A stretch of DNA of 64,000 nucleotides, taken from Candidatus Limnocylindria bacterium. Lineage in GTDB: Bacteria > Chloroflexota > Limnocylindria > P2-11E. Below are positions 41,501 through 49,991 of this stretch, piece after piece. Below the pieces are notes generated by a model. That model was not told the origin of the DNA, searched no databases, and saw nothing but the letters and a program-made list of their open reading frames with translations. Both the position numbers and the translations under genes were made by a program. The stretch covers positions 322 through 64,321 of the forward strand of contig JBOGTG010000148.1 in NCBI GenBank assembly GCA_050692175.1, read 5' to 3'. Positions within the stretch are counted from its first letter, which is position 1; the number at the start of each line of letters is the position of its first letter.

Positions 41501-42264
41501 ACCTCGGGAGCTACCTGCCGTGGTTCGGCGGTTCGACGATCCCATACGGTTGGAGCATCGGCGAGCTCACACAACAGATGTACTGGTACCACTCAAGCCT
41601 CACCGCGCCGCACCCGGCGGGGTCCCCCTGGTGGAGCTGGCCGCTCGTGCTGAAGCCCGTCTACTGGTACTTCGGCGCGTCAACCGGCGGCGACAACGCC
41701 TACATCTACGACGCCGGGAACGTCGTGCTCTACTGGGCGGGCCTTGTCGCGTTCGCGTGGTGCGCGATCGCAGCGGTGCGCGCGCGATCGGTGCCGCTCG
41801 CCTTCGTGGTGTTCGCGGGACTCGTGCAGTACGTCGCGTGGATCCCGATCGGACGGGTGCTTTTCTTCTATCACTTCTTCACCGCGCTGCCGTTCTACCT
41901 GCTCGCCCTCGCGGCGGGGCTCGCGTTCCTCTGGGAGACCGGTCGGGCCCGCCTGGTCGTCGGGTATCTCGCCGCCGCCGCGGCGGCGTTCGTTTACTTC
42001 TATCCGTTCATCTCGGCACAGCCCTTCCCGGGGGCGCAGGCCGGCATGTTCTTCATCCTTCCGACCTGGACCTACGAGTGCCAGTTCTATCCGACGTTCG
42101 TCTGCAATCCGACCATCGGCTCGTCCTTCTCGGTGGTCGCGCTCTTCGGCCGTCTCGCGCTCGTGCTGGGGGTCGCCGCGGGTGTTGCCATCCTCGTCAT
42201 CTGGAGCAGCACCCCGGGATTCTCCCGGCTGCTGGCTACGGTGCGATCGGGTACGCGCCGCTAG
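38500..42264 (+). CDS. 1254-aa fusion: Gpi18/DUF2029-like GT-C module + PMT-type (GT39) protein O-mannosyltransferase module with inserted beta-propeller-like domain
   Basis: The first 450 aa or so are polytopic with FPTDVGTFQAWAERL..YFSDYPPAFLY and HERYLFP. From about aa 464 the PMT hallmarks appear: DMYFDEVYHARTAFELL and THPHLAKEIMALG. About 285 aa of beta-repeat sequence follow (40025..40870), then a PMT TM core and a C-terminal YWYHSSLTAPHPAGSPWWSWP segment. ATGA overlap with the preceding GT-C gene. Confidence 0.75.
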   Translation: MNDGLGRSERRARLVVAGVVALGVIVRLLAVRAQGFPTDVGTFQAWAERLARIGPGLFYEPGYFSDYPPAFLYVLWLLGALFDGEFLRLAVKAISIPADIAIALLAAGLLWRAAGRAAAVAAAAIWSLQPGVIFAGPYWGQVDAVGTLPLFGSVLAAGSRRWWLAGALAALAALVKPQFGVGLFVIVVAAVIEFVRGARPRPVLETLGAAVATAYVLCVPFWGPDPLRIARELIGLVQSAAGTYKYTSLYAFNGWSIFFDFWKPDDQLVGAGAILIGAGFLAAVAPLWWRRDTAALLACATFAALAFYFLPTRAHERYLFPVFALALPFAAARTRIFAPYLTLAVAFFVTLYYAFTRYQQHVDLRVPEILEATLFSRSGQIAIAAVMISAAAYLWWRLVRGDARFETDTPWSLPAVAVPRRGWWTLPAGLGPGRVPNRRDVAVAALVALAVLGTRGYRLDWPRDMYFDEVYHARTAFELLAQRDPYEWTHPHLAKEIMALGILAFGDDRVVGHEPAPPQGKPTAFVVANDGTRVSVAEGFQVVVQPRGGAAASRALGVDAKALAIQGDHIIAMTDQALVVIPFAEQPSNTQLQQVRLPFSGARSLSLAGDRVIVGGPSSLAIYATLDATPTVIPIPTIAVTAKTDGSEVYVLDGRGIVHVVSTETAQETRALTGGRPGAAIAYALGSNRVFVARADAPILDVFELESGSHDAVPLANARTGTFSSGATALAVVPRTDFLYALDEGRVVVVETHGTAPFASIPVGDGTFLGVDGEGDKLVVAGASGADLIETGRHAIAWRLPGVLFAALLAFLLVVLARRLFASAVLPALVGLAVLVDGSMFAQARIGMNDIYVATLIVAGWYFVVAAHQGAGAPGRAADREAGRRWALVDLLIAGVCFGLALASKWVAAYALAGVFVATIAVTARSYERGHPGEGGPLDLFGGLRNEPSPAPDPADRLPLATAAPGSLAAAVALIVATLLVISRNALRLLVAFALIPAAIYLGSYLPWFGGSTIPYGWSIGELTQQMYWYHSSLTAPHPAGSPWWSWPLVLKPVYWYFGASTGGDNAYIYDAGNVVLYWAGLVAFAWCAIAAVRARSVPLAFVVFAGLVQYVAWIPIGRVLFFYHFFTALPFYLLALAAGLAFLWETGRARLVVGYLAAAAAAFVYFYPFISAQPFPGAQAGMFFILPTWTYECQFYPTFVCNPTIGSSFSVVALFGRLALVLGVAAGVAILVIWSSTPGFSRLLATVRSGTRR

Positions 42265-43030
42265 CGAAGATCAGAGTCGCGATCGCGCCCACGACGACGA
42301 TCGCGACGAGAATGGCGAGTACGAGGTTCACGAAGTTGCGCCGCACATCGGCGAGTCCGAACGACCGGCGCGCCGCGTAGAGGACGACCGTGATGTTGTC
42401 CTCGCCGCCTCGCTCCTTAGCGAGATCGACCAGGGCCGTTGCCGCCCGGTCGAGATCCGCGCTCCGCATGGTCGACGCGATCTCGCCGTCCGGCACATGT
42501 CGCGTGAGGCCGTCGGAGCAGAGCAGGAGCCGGTCTCCAGGGCGGAGGGCCTCGACAAACACGTCGGGCTGAACGCCGCGCGGATCGCCGACGAACCTCG
42601 TGATCGAGCTCTGGAACTCTCCGGCATGATCGGCCGTCACGAGCCGGATATCGCCGTCGCGGAGGAGATAGGCGCGGCTATCGCCAAGGTTGCCGATGAC
42701 GGCCGAGGTGCCGACGATCGCCGCCGCCACCAGCGTGGAAGCGGCACCCTGCTGGCCGCTCTCGCCCGCCGCCCCGAGCACCGCGTCGTTCGCGCCGCGG
42801 ATCGCGGCCGCCAGTACCTCCGCCGGAGGTCGGTCGGGGCTCGCGCTGAAGAAGCTCGCCGAGAGCGCATCGATCGCGGCCGCGCTTGCCATCTCGCCGC
42901 CGGCCTCGCCGCCGACGCCGTCGGCCACCGCGAGGAGCGTCGTCTTACCCCCTTCGCGGACAAGGTAGCGATCTTCGTTGTTCTCGCGCACGCGCCCGGT
43001 GTCGGTGCGTGCCGCTGTTCGCGCTGCCAG
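42236..43030 (-). CDS. PP2C-family Ser/Thr phosphatase with C-terminal TM anchor (PstP-like)
   Basis: RTDTGRVRENNEDR, VADGVGGEAGGE, LGDSRAYL and LLLCSDGL motifs, plus a C-terminal TM helix. The start is proposed at CTG 43030, 8 nt after SD GAAGGGGGA and just past the pknB stop. The only ATG alternative, 43141, overlaps pknB by 109 nt. Confidence 0.8.
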   Translation of the reverse strand: MAARTAARTDTGRVRENNEDRYLVREGGKTTLLAVADGVGGEAGGEMASAAAIDALSASFFSASPDRPPAEVLAAAIRGANDAVLGAAGESGQQGAASTLVAAAIVGTSAVIGNLGDSRAYLLRDGDIRLVTADHAGEFQSSITRFVGDPRGVQPDVFVEALRPGDRLLLCSDGLTRHVPDGEIASTMRSADLDRAATALVDLAKERGGEDNITVVLYAARRSFGLADVRRNFVNLVLAILVAIVVVGAIATLIFASGAYPIAP

Positions 43031-43032
43031 CC

Positions 43033-44286
43033 CTAATCCCCCTTCTTCGTGCAGTCCTTTCCCGCGACGTAAAACAGGGTCGCCGTCGCTCCGCGCGCGA
43101 TCGTCGTTCCGGCTACGGGGTCCTGCCGGACAACGGCACATGCGCCGCCCGGGCCCTGCCCGACATCCCATGCGACACGGGCGAACCCGGCGGCCTGCAA
43201 CACCCCGACCGCGTCACCGAGCTTTCTCCCAACGACGTTCGGCGTCTGCGCTCCGGCCGCTGTTGGCGCGGGCGTTGGGGCACCGGTCGGCTGCGTGCCG
43301 CGCGGGAAGGACGAGAAAAAGAGGAAGAGCGCGAACAGGATCGCGAGCATGGCGACGATCGCGACGCTGCTGTCGAAGCGCGGCAGAGCCCACCGGATGC
43401 GGGGGGCGCGCAGGCCGCCGACCACGAGCGACGAGGTGGGGTCAGTGTCGCGGTCCGCCACGTCGGAGAACGCTCGAGCGAAGGCGCCCGCGCTCGCGTG
43501 GCGGTGGTCCGGCAGGGTCGCCAGCGCGCGCCGGACGATCGCGTCGAGCCGGTCGTCGATTCCGACGCGCGCGAGCCGGAGCGACGGCGGCGGCCCGACG
43601 AGCCGCTCGCGGACGAGTTCCTCGCTGGTCGCACCATCGAACGCGGGTCTGCCGGTGAGCAGCTCGTATGCGACAAGGCCGAGGCCGTACACGTCGGTGC
43701 GCGCAGTGACCGGTCCGCCTTCGACGCGCTCGGGTGCGATGTACCGCGCCGTGCCGAGAAGCTCCTGCTCGTCACGATCGCGCGCGGCGCGTGCGATCCC
43801 AAAGTCCGTGAGCTTCGCGATGCCCTCGCGGTCCACGATCACGTTCGCCGGCTTCACGTCGCAGTGCACGACCCCGGCGGCGTGAGCCGCGTCGAGCGCG
43901 CCGGCGACCTGCCTGATCAGGCGAGCCACCTCATGCGCGGGCAACGGGCCGCGCTCGGCGACGATCTCGCGCAGGGTCTTTCCGTGCACGTGCTCCATGA
44001 CCATGAACGCATCGGCACCGTCGCGACCCTCGTCGAACACGGTGACGACGTTCGGGTGAACGACCGCCGCTGCGCGGCGTGCCTCATCCGCGAAACGCGC
44101 GCGGAACGCGTCGTCCGCGTCGGGGCCAAGGAGCTTGATTGCGACGTCCCGGTCGAGCTTCTCGTCGCGCGCGCGCCATACCTCGCCGGCGCCGCCCTCG
44201 TCGATCCGCTCGATGAGGCGGTACCGCTTGGCAAGAAGGCGCGCCGCTGTGGGCGCGCGCAGCTCTCCTGTCTTCTCGCTGGCCAT
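43033..44286 (-). CDS. Ser/Thr protein kinase with one extracellular PASTA domain (PknB-like)
   Basis: GGAGEVWRARD...VAIK, HCDVKPANV, a DFG motif, a TM helix, and a C-terminal PASTA-like segment (PNVVGRKLGDAVGVLQAAGF...). Starts at ATG 44286 (MASEKTG). Confidence 0.88.
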   Translation of the reverse strand: MASEKTGELRAPTAARLLAKRYRLIERIDEGGAGEVWRARDEKLDRDVAIKLLGPDADDAFRARFADEARRAAAVVHPNVVTVFDEGRDGADAFMVMEHVHGKTLREIVAERGPLPAHEVARLIRQVAGALDAAHAAGVVHCDVKPANVIVDREGIAKLTDFGIARAARDRDEQELLGTARYIAPERVEGGPVTARTDVYGLGLVAYELLTGRPAFDGATSEELVRERLVGPPPSLRLARVGIDDRLDAIVRRALATLPDHRHASAGAFARAFSDVADRDTDPTSSLVVGGLRAPRIRWALPRFDSSVAIVAMLAILFALFLFFSSFPRGTQPTGAPTPAPTAAGAQTPNVVGRKLGDAVGVLQAAGFARVAWDVGQGPGGACAVVRQDPVAGTTIARGATATLFYVAGKDCTKKGD

Positions 44287-44320
44287 GTCCCCGTTTGTCC
44301 GCAACTTATGTGCTAACCCG

Positions 44321-45475
44321 TCAGGCGAGCTCAACGAGGGCCCCGAGGGCCGCCTCATAGGTCCGGTCACTTCCGAGAATCGAGAGCTCCTCACCGATGA
44401 GCTCGACGATGGCCGGCGAGGGGAGCGGCATCGTGCGCTCCCAGCGTCGCTCGCCGTTCAGGAGAACGGTGGCGGTCTGATGGGCCGGATCGGGTTGGCG
44501 TTTCACGACGAACTCCGCCTGCTCTCTCCCGCCGGTGGCCTGCAGACGGAATCCCGAGATGTCGCCCTCCTCGAGGCCGCGTTCGAAGCGCGGCCGCACG
44601 CGGACCATGATCCGCGCACCATCCGGGCGCGCGATCGCGAACAAGAGTCCGCCGGCCTCTGAAGGCGCGAGCGTCTCGAGCGGTCGCCAGCCGAGACGCG
44701 AGGCCAGCCATCCCACGAAGAGCAACGCCTGCGAAGGATGGATGTCACGACCATCCATGTCCACAGCAAAGCCGACCCGCATTCCGGTGATACCGTCCAG
44801 AAAGAGGCGCCACGCGGGAACGTCGAAGAACGATGTCGCGATCTCGCGCCACGGTGTCAGTCGCGTCCAATTCAGGTCGGTGAGCCCGAACCGTCCGCGT
44901 GCCGACTCGGAGATGCGCGCGATGATCGGCAGCGTGCTCTCGGGCCTCGCGAAGTCGGCGGAGTCGACGATGAGTCGGTCGGTCAGACGCAACAGGTCCG
45001 CGAACGAACGCGAGCCGAGCGGTGGCGTTCCGGTCCACCAGAGAAAGACCGGAAGGTCAGGCACGAGGAGTGGGATCACCGCCGATGCGAGCCGATCGTC
45101 GACGTCGCCTCTCGCGCGAACGAGGATCTGCTCGTAGCAGACCTGTCGTGCGCCGTCCGGGATCGGAAGCCGGCAATGCATCTCGATGCGCCGTTCTGTG
45201 CCCTCGCGCGGACCACGGTCGGCGAGCACGACGATGGCGCGCGACGGATGGCGAAGCGCGAGGTCAGAGATGCTTCGCGCCGCGCGGCGCGCGTGCTCCT
45301 CACGCTCGGCGTACACGATCAGGTTGAGCACCGAAGCGCGCGCGATCGGGCGGACCTGCTCGCGCGCATGCGCAGTCTCGACGCGGCGGAGCCGGGTGAG
45401 CTCGCGCTCGAGGGCGGCCACGCCTTCGGCGCGGACGCCCCAGAACGTTGTATCGACGACTATGCCTTCCGCCAC
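44321..45475 (-). CDS. opcA: glucose-6-phosphate dehydrogenase assembly protein OpcA
   Basis: ASVLNLIVYAE ... HPSRAIVV ... LVPDLPVFLWWTG, immediately downstream of zwf. The proposed GTG start 45475 overlaps the zwf end. Confidence 0.8.
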   Translation of the reverse strand: MAEGIVVDTTFWGVRAEGVAALERELTRLRRVETAHAREQVRPIARASVLNLIVYAEREEHARRAARSISDLALRHPSRAIVVLADRGPREGTERRIEMHCRLPIPDGARQVCYEQILVRARGDVDDRLASAVIPLLVPDLPVFLWWTGTPPLGSRSFADLLRLTDRLIVDSADFARPESTLPIIARISESARGRFGLTDLNWTRLTPWREIATSFFDVPAWRLFLDGITGMRVGFAVDMDGRDIHPSQALLFVGWLASRLGWRPLETLAPSEAGGLLFAIARPDGARIMVRVRPRFERGLEEGDISGFRLQATGGREQAEFVVKRQPDPAHQTATVLLNGERRWERTMPLPSPAIVELIGEELSILGSDRTYEAALGALVELA

Positions 45476-46983
45476 TTCCGTCCATCCCGTTCGATGAGGT
45501 CGTCCGCCTCGGGCGGGCCCCAGGTTCCGGCCTTGTAGAGCGCGGGACCATCGGTGGACTCGGCCCAACCAGCGATGATCGGGTCGACGAAAGCCCATTG
45601 CTGGTCCACCTCGTCGTGTCGTGTGAAGAGGGTCGCGTCCCCGCGGAGCGCGTCGAGGATGAGCGTCTCGTACGCATCCGGAGCGTCGACCATGAAGGAC
45701 GCTCCGTAATCGAAGTCCATGTTCACCGCGCGGATGCGAATTCCCTGCACCGGGACCTTTGCGCCGAACCTGAGCGAGATGCCCTCGTCCGGCTGGATGC
45801 GAAGAACGAGCGCATTCGGTTCGAGGCCCACCATGGCTTCTCGGGAGAAGAGCTGATGCGGCGCGACGCGGAACTGGATCGCGATCTCGGTCGACTGTTT
45901 CGGCAGACGCTTTCCCGTGCGGAGGTAGAAGGGCGTCCCCTCCCAGCGCCAGTTATCGACCCAGAGTTTCAGCGCGACAAACGTCTCGGTGCGCGAGTCG
46001 GGCGCCACCCCCGGCTCCTCGCGATAGGCGGGCACGGGCGCACCCTCGATGAAGCCGCGTCCGTACTGTCCCCGCACGGCGCTCGCCGAGAGGTCATCGC
46101 GTGCGATCCATCGAAGCGCGCGCATCACCTTCACCTTCTCGTCGCGGACCGCCTTGTCGTCGAACGCGGCCGGCGGTTCCATCGAGACGAGCGCCAGCAG
46201 CTGAAGCAGATGGTTTTGCACGATGTCGCGCATCGCGCCTGCGTGCTCGTAGTAGCCCGCGCGCTCCTCGACCCCGATCGTCTCGGCCACCGTGATCTGG
46301 ACATGGTCGACGTACTGGCGGTTCCAGATCGGCTCGAAGATCCCGTTCGAGAAGCGCATGACGAGGATGTTCTGGACGGTCTCCTTGCCGAGGTAGTGGT
46401 CGATGCGGAACACCTCGTCCTCGCGGAAGACGGTGTGCACGACCTCGTTCAGCGCAAGCGCCGACGCGCGGTCGTGGCCGAACGGCTTCTCGACGACGAT
46501 GCGTGCCCATCCGGTCTCGCCCCGAAGCCGGTGCTCGCCGATCGCCTTGACGATCGGCTCGTAGGCGGACGGCGGTGTCGCGAGGTAGAAGAGCCGGTTC
46601 GCGTGTGTCCCGAGCGCGAAATCGAGCTGGCCGAGCGTGCGTCGAAGCTCTTCGTATCCGGCGTCGTCCCCCGTCGCCACGAAGTGCAGGTGGTCCGCGA
46701 AGCTGCGCCAGACATCCTCGTTCAACGGTTTCGTCCGGCTGTGCTGCGCGACCGCCGCGTGCAGCTCCTCCCGGTACTGCTCGTGGCTCAGTGGCGTACG
46801 CGCCGTACCGACGACCGAGAAGGTCGCCGGGAGAAGGCGTTGCAGGGCCAGGTTGTAGAGCGCGGGGATCAGCTTGCGCTGGGCGAGATCACCGGAGCCG
46901 CCGAAAATGACGATCGTCGAAGGCTCGGGGATGCGCGATAGCCGCAGCCCCTCGCGCAGCGGGTTGAGCGTCGTGATGGACAG
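45460..46983 (-). CDS. zwf: glucose-6-phosphate dehydrogenase
   Basis: IVIFGGSGDLAQRKLIPALYNL (NADP site), RIDHYLGKE (active site) and EKPFGHD. The NADP motif lies upstream of the first canonical start (TTG 46725). The frame is open only from 46986. The start is proposed at CTG 46983, 7 nt after AGAAGGA. Confidence 0.88.
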   Translation of the reverse strand: MSITTLNPLREGLRLSRIPEPSTIVIFGGSGDLAQRKLIPALYNLALQRLLPATFSVVGTARTPLSHEQYREELHAAVAQHSRTKPLNEDVWRSFADHLHFVATGDDAGYEELRRTLGQLDFALGTHANRLFYLATPPSAYEPIVKAIGEHRLRGETGWARIVVEKPFGHDRASALALNEVVHTVFREDEVFRIDHYLGKETVQNILVMRFSNGIFEPIWNRQYVDHVQITVAETIGVEERAGYYEHAGAMRDIVQNHLLQLLALVSMEPPAAFDDKAVRDEKVKVMRALRWIARDDLSASAVRGQYGRGFIEGAPVPAYREEPGVAPDSRTETFVALKLWVDNWRWEGTPFYLRTGKRLPKQSTEIAIQFRVAPHQLFSREAMVGLEPNALVLRIQPDEGISLRFGAKVPVQGIRIRAVNMDFDYGASFMVDAPDAYETLILDALRGDATLFTRHDEVDQQWAFVDPIIAGWAESTDGPALYKAGTWGPPEADDLIERDGRKWRKA

Positions 46984-47054
46984 CGGCTATTCCTTCTCAA
47001 TCTCGGCGCTGCGCGCCGGAGATTCGTTCATGGCTGGTCGACTTGCTCGTCGTC

Positions 47055-47086
47055 GGCAGGGGCGGGGGCCCAGGGGGCAGGGGAAG
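47055..47086. repeat. G-tract repeat (GGCAGGGGCGGGGGCCC AGGGGGCAGGGGAAG) in the gnd-zwf spacer
   Basis: Shares the GGGGCAGGGG core with the tandem array at 49992..50062. Confidence 0.5.
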
Positions 47087-47107
47087 CGCGCCACTCCTCG
47101 CTCGGCC

Positions 47108-48007
47108 TCACTCTTTCTTTACGGTGTGACCGCCGAACTGATTGCGTAACGCGGCCGCCACCTTCATCGCGTAGCTGTCTTCTTGCCGCGACACGAACCG
47201 CGCGAAGAGCGAGTGGGCGATCGCCGTCATCGCCACGCCGTGCGTGACTGCCTCGAGCACGGTCCAGCGGCCCTCACCCGAATCCTCCACCCAGCCCTTG
47301 ATGCCCTTCAGGTCGCTTCCTTCCTGATCGAATGCGCGTTCGGCCAGCTCGAGGAGCCACGAGCGAACCACGCTTCCTTGAAGCCAGACCGTGGAGACCC
47401 TCCCCAGGTCGAGGTCGAACTCGCTGGAGTGCAGAAGCTCGAACCCTTCGCCGTACGCCTGCATCATCCCGTACTCGATCCCGTTGTGGACCATCTTGAC
47501 GAAGTGGCCGGCGCCGCTCTTTCCGAAGTGCGCCCAACCGTTTGGGGGCGCGAGCGTGTCGAGCGCGGGCTTCACGATCGCCACCGCATCGGCTGGTCCG
47601 CCGACCATCATGCAGTAGCCGTTCTCGAGGCCCCAGATGCCGCCCGAGACACCGACGTCGAGAAACCGGAGCTTCATCGCGGCGTACTTCTCGGCCCGTC
47701 TCATCGAATCGCGGAAGTAGCTGTTGCCCCCGTCGACGAGCACGTCGCCTGGTGACGCGAATCGGGCGAACTCATCGAGCGCGTGGTCGGTGGCGTCGCC
47801 GGCCGGGACCATCGCCCACAGCACGCGAGGCGGCTTCATCTTCTTGACCATGTCGTCGATCGAGCTCGACGCGACCGCCCCGTGCTTCGATGCCTCCTGC
47901 ACCGGCTCGGGGCTACGGTTCCCGGCGATCACGCGATGCCCGCCGCGCGCGAGACGGGTGACCATGTTGCCGCCCATACGCCCGAGTCCATAGAGCCCTA
48001 TCTCCAC
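47108..48007 (-). CDS. gnd: 6-phosphogluconate dehydrogenase, short decarboxylating form (YqeC/Gnd-like)
   Basis: The N-terminal Rossmann motif is [37 protein letters not shown] is the 6PGDH signature. About 300 aa. Confidence 0.88.
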   Translation of the reverse strand: MEIGLYGLGRMGGNMVTRLARGGHRVIAGNRSPEPVQEASKHGAVASSSIDDMVKKMKPPRVLWAMVPAGDATDHALDEFARFASPGDVLVDGGNSYFRDSMRRAEKYAAMKLRFLDVGVSGGIWGLENGYCMMVGGPADAVAIVKPALDTLAPPNGWAHFGKSGAGHFVKMVHNGIEYGMMQAYGEGFELLHSSEFDLDLGRVSTVWLQGSVVRSWLLELAERAFDQEGSDLKGIKGWVEDSGEGRWTVLEAVTHGVAMTAIAHSLFARFVSRQEDSYAMKVAAALRNQFGGHTVKKE

Positions 48008-48105
48008 GCGCTTCGCGCTCCCTTCTTTTCCGGCCTGCCGGCCGGAGGTTTCCGTCCGCGTTCACGGCACGCGTCGACGTGAGCATTGTGCGTTAGGGTT
48101 AATCC

Positions 48106-49965
48106 GTGGCGACGGTGGCGGAAACCGGCACCAAACTCGACCTCTATCGCGACCTCGCGAGGCAGCTACGCGTCGACAGCATCAGATGTTCCACAGCCGC
48201 AGGATCGGGGCATCCGACGTCATCGCTTTCGGCCGCCGACCTCATCGCGGTCCTTCTTGCCGGTCACCTGCGCTACGACTTCGGGCAGCCCGACAACCCG
48301 GCAAACGATCACCTGATCTTCTCGAAGGGTCATGCCTCGCCGCTCGTCTACGCCATGTTCAAGGCCGCGGGCGCGATCAACGACGACGAGCTCATGACTT
48401 TCCGCAAGCTCGGCAGCCGCCTCGAGGGGCATCCCACGCCGATCCTCCCGTGGGTCGACGTCGCAACAGGGTCGCTCGGACAGGGGTTACCGATCGGGGT
48501 CGGCATCGCGCTCGCGGGCAAGCGCGTGCTCGAGGCGCCGTACCGCGTCTGGGTGCTGGTCGGAGATAGCGAGACCGCCGAGGGCTCGATCTGGGAGGCC
48601 TTCGATCACGCCGGCCACGAGGGACTTGCGAATCTCATCGCGATCGTCGACGTCAATCGGCTGGGACAGCGCGGGCCGACCGAGCTCGAGTGGGATATGG
48701 GCGCCTACGCGGCGCGGGTCCGCGCCTTTGGTGTCGACCCGATCGTCGTCGACGGTCACGACTTCTCCGAGATCGACGACGCCTACGCGCGCGCCCGAAG
48801 CGCGTCTCGGCCAACCGCGGTACTCGCCCGCACGGTGAAGGGCAAAGGGGTCTCGTTCCTCGAGAACAAGGAAGGCTGGCACGGGAAGGCCCTGGACGCG
48901 GAACAGGCGAAACAGGCGCTCGCAGAGCTCGGCGAGGCGCGGTCGCGGACGTTCTCCGTTGCGAAGCCCGACCGCTGGGAGCGCCCTTCAATGCAGCGGA
49001 CGGGATCGCTCGCGCTCAAGACGTACTCCGAACCGATCGCGACTCGGAAGGCGTACGGCGAGGCTCTGGCCGCGCTCGGAGCCGCACGCAAGGATGTGGT
49101 CGTGCTGGACGCCGAGGTCTCGAACTCGACGCACGCGGAGGACTTCAAGAAGACGGCGCCCGAGCGGTTCTTCGAGATGTATATCGCCGAGCAGCAGATG
49201 GTCGCGGCCGCGGTGGGCATGCAGGTCATGGACCTGGTGCCGTTCGCGTCGACGTTCGCCGCCTTCTTCACGCGTGCCTACGACTTCATCCGCATGGCGG
49301 CGATTTCTCGCGCGCAGATGCGGCTCGTCGGCTCGCACGCGGGTGTCTCGATCGGCGAGGACGGTCCCTCGCAGATGGGCCTCGAAGATCTCGCGATGAT
49401 GCGCGCGGTCCATGGCAGCACGGTGCTGTACCCGTCGGATGGGAACCAGACCGCGAAGCTCGTCGCGCAGATGGCCGATCGGGCGGGGATCACATATCTC
49501 CGAACGACGAGGGAGAAGACGGGGATCATCTACGACAAAGGCGAGAGCTTTCCTATCGGCGGCAGCAAGGTTGTGCGCGGCGGCTCGAACAAGGACCGTG
49601 TGACGATCGTCGCGGCTGGCATCACGGTGCACGAAGCGTTGAAAGCCGTCGATGTCCTCGCGCACGAGGACATCGCCGTGCGCGTCATCGACCTGTACAC
49701 GGTGAAGCCGGTGGACGCGGACATGCTCGCTGACGCGGCGCGCGCTACGGGTGGCCGCGTCGTCGTGGTGGAGGATCACTGGGTCGAGGGCGGGATCGGC
49801 GACGCCGTCCTCGCGGCTCTCGCCGAACGTGGCGTCCACGATCTGCACTACCGGCACCTCGCGGTGCGCAAGATGCCGGGTTCCGGAAAACCGCCTGAGA
49901 TGCTGGACGACGCCGGGATAAGCACCGTGCACATCGTCCGCGCGGTAAAGGCGCTGCTCGGCTAG
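48106..49965 (+). CDS. tkt: transketolase
   Basis: SGHPTSSLSAADL (TPP-binding N-terminus), GDSETAEGSIWEA, and Pyr and C-terminal domains. 619 aa. Confidence 0.93.
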   Translation: MATVAETGTKLDLYRDLARQLRVDSIRCSTAAGSGHPTSSLSAADLIAVLLAGHLRYDFGQPDNPANDHLIFSKGHASPLVYAMFKAAGAINDDELMTFRKLGSRLEGHPTPILPWVDVATGSLGQGLPIGVGIALAGKRVLEAPYRVWVLVGDSETAEGSIWEAFDHAGHEGLANLIAIVDVNRLGQRGPTELEWDMGAYAARVRAFGVDPIVVDGHDFSEIDDAYARARSASRPTAVLARTVKGKGVSFLENKEGWHGKALDAEQAKQALAELGEARSRTFSVAKPDRWERPSMQRTGSLALKTYSEPIATRKAYGEALAALGAARKDVVVLDAEVSNSTHAEDFKKTAPERFFEMYIAEQQMVAAAVGMQVMDLVPFASTFAAFFTRAYDFIRMAAISRAQMRLVGSHAGVSIGEDGPSQMGLEDLAMMRAVHGSTVLYPSDGNQTAKLVAQMADRAGITYLRTTREKTGIIYDKGESFPIGGSKVVRGGSNKDRVTIVAAGITVHEALKAVDVLAHEDIAVRVIDLYTVKPVDADMLADAARATGGRVVVVEDHWVEGGIGDAVLAALAERGVHDLHYRHLAVRKMPGSGKPPEMLDDAGISTVHIVRAVKALLG

Positions 49966-49991
49966 ATCGCCGGCTTCTGCTAGCCTCGCGC

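Noticed and set aside
48094-48108. Leaderless tkt mRNA (TAGGGT 6 nt before the GTG start)
   Set aside because: The same bases can be read as a weak AGGG SD, and no -35 element is evident. The sequence alone cannot discriminate.
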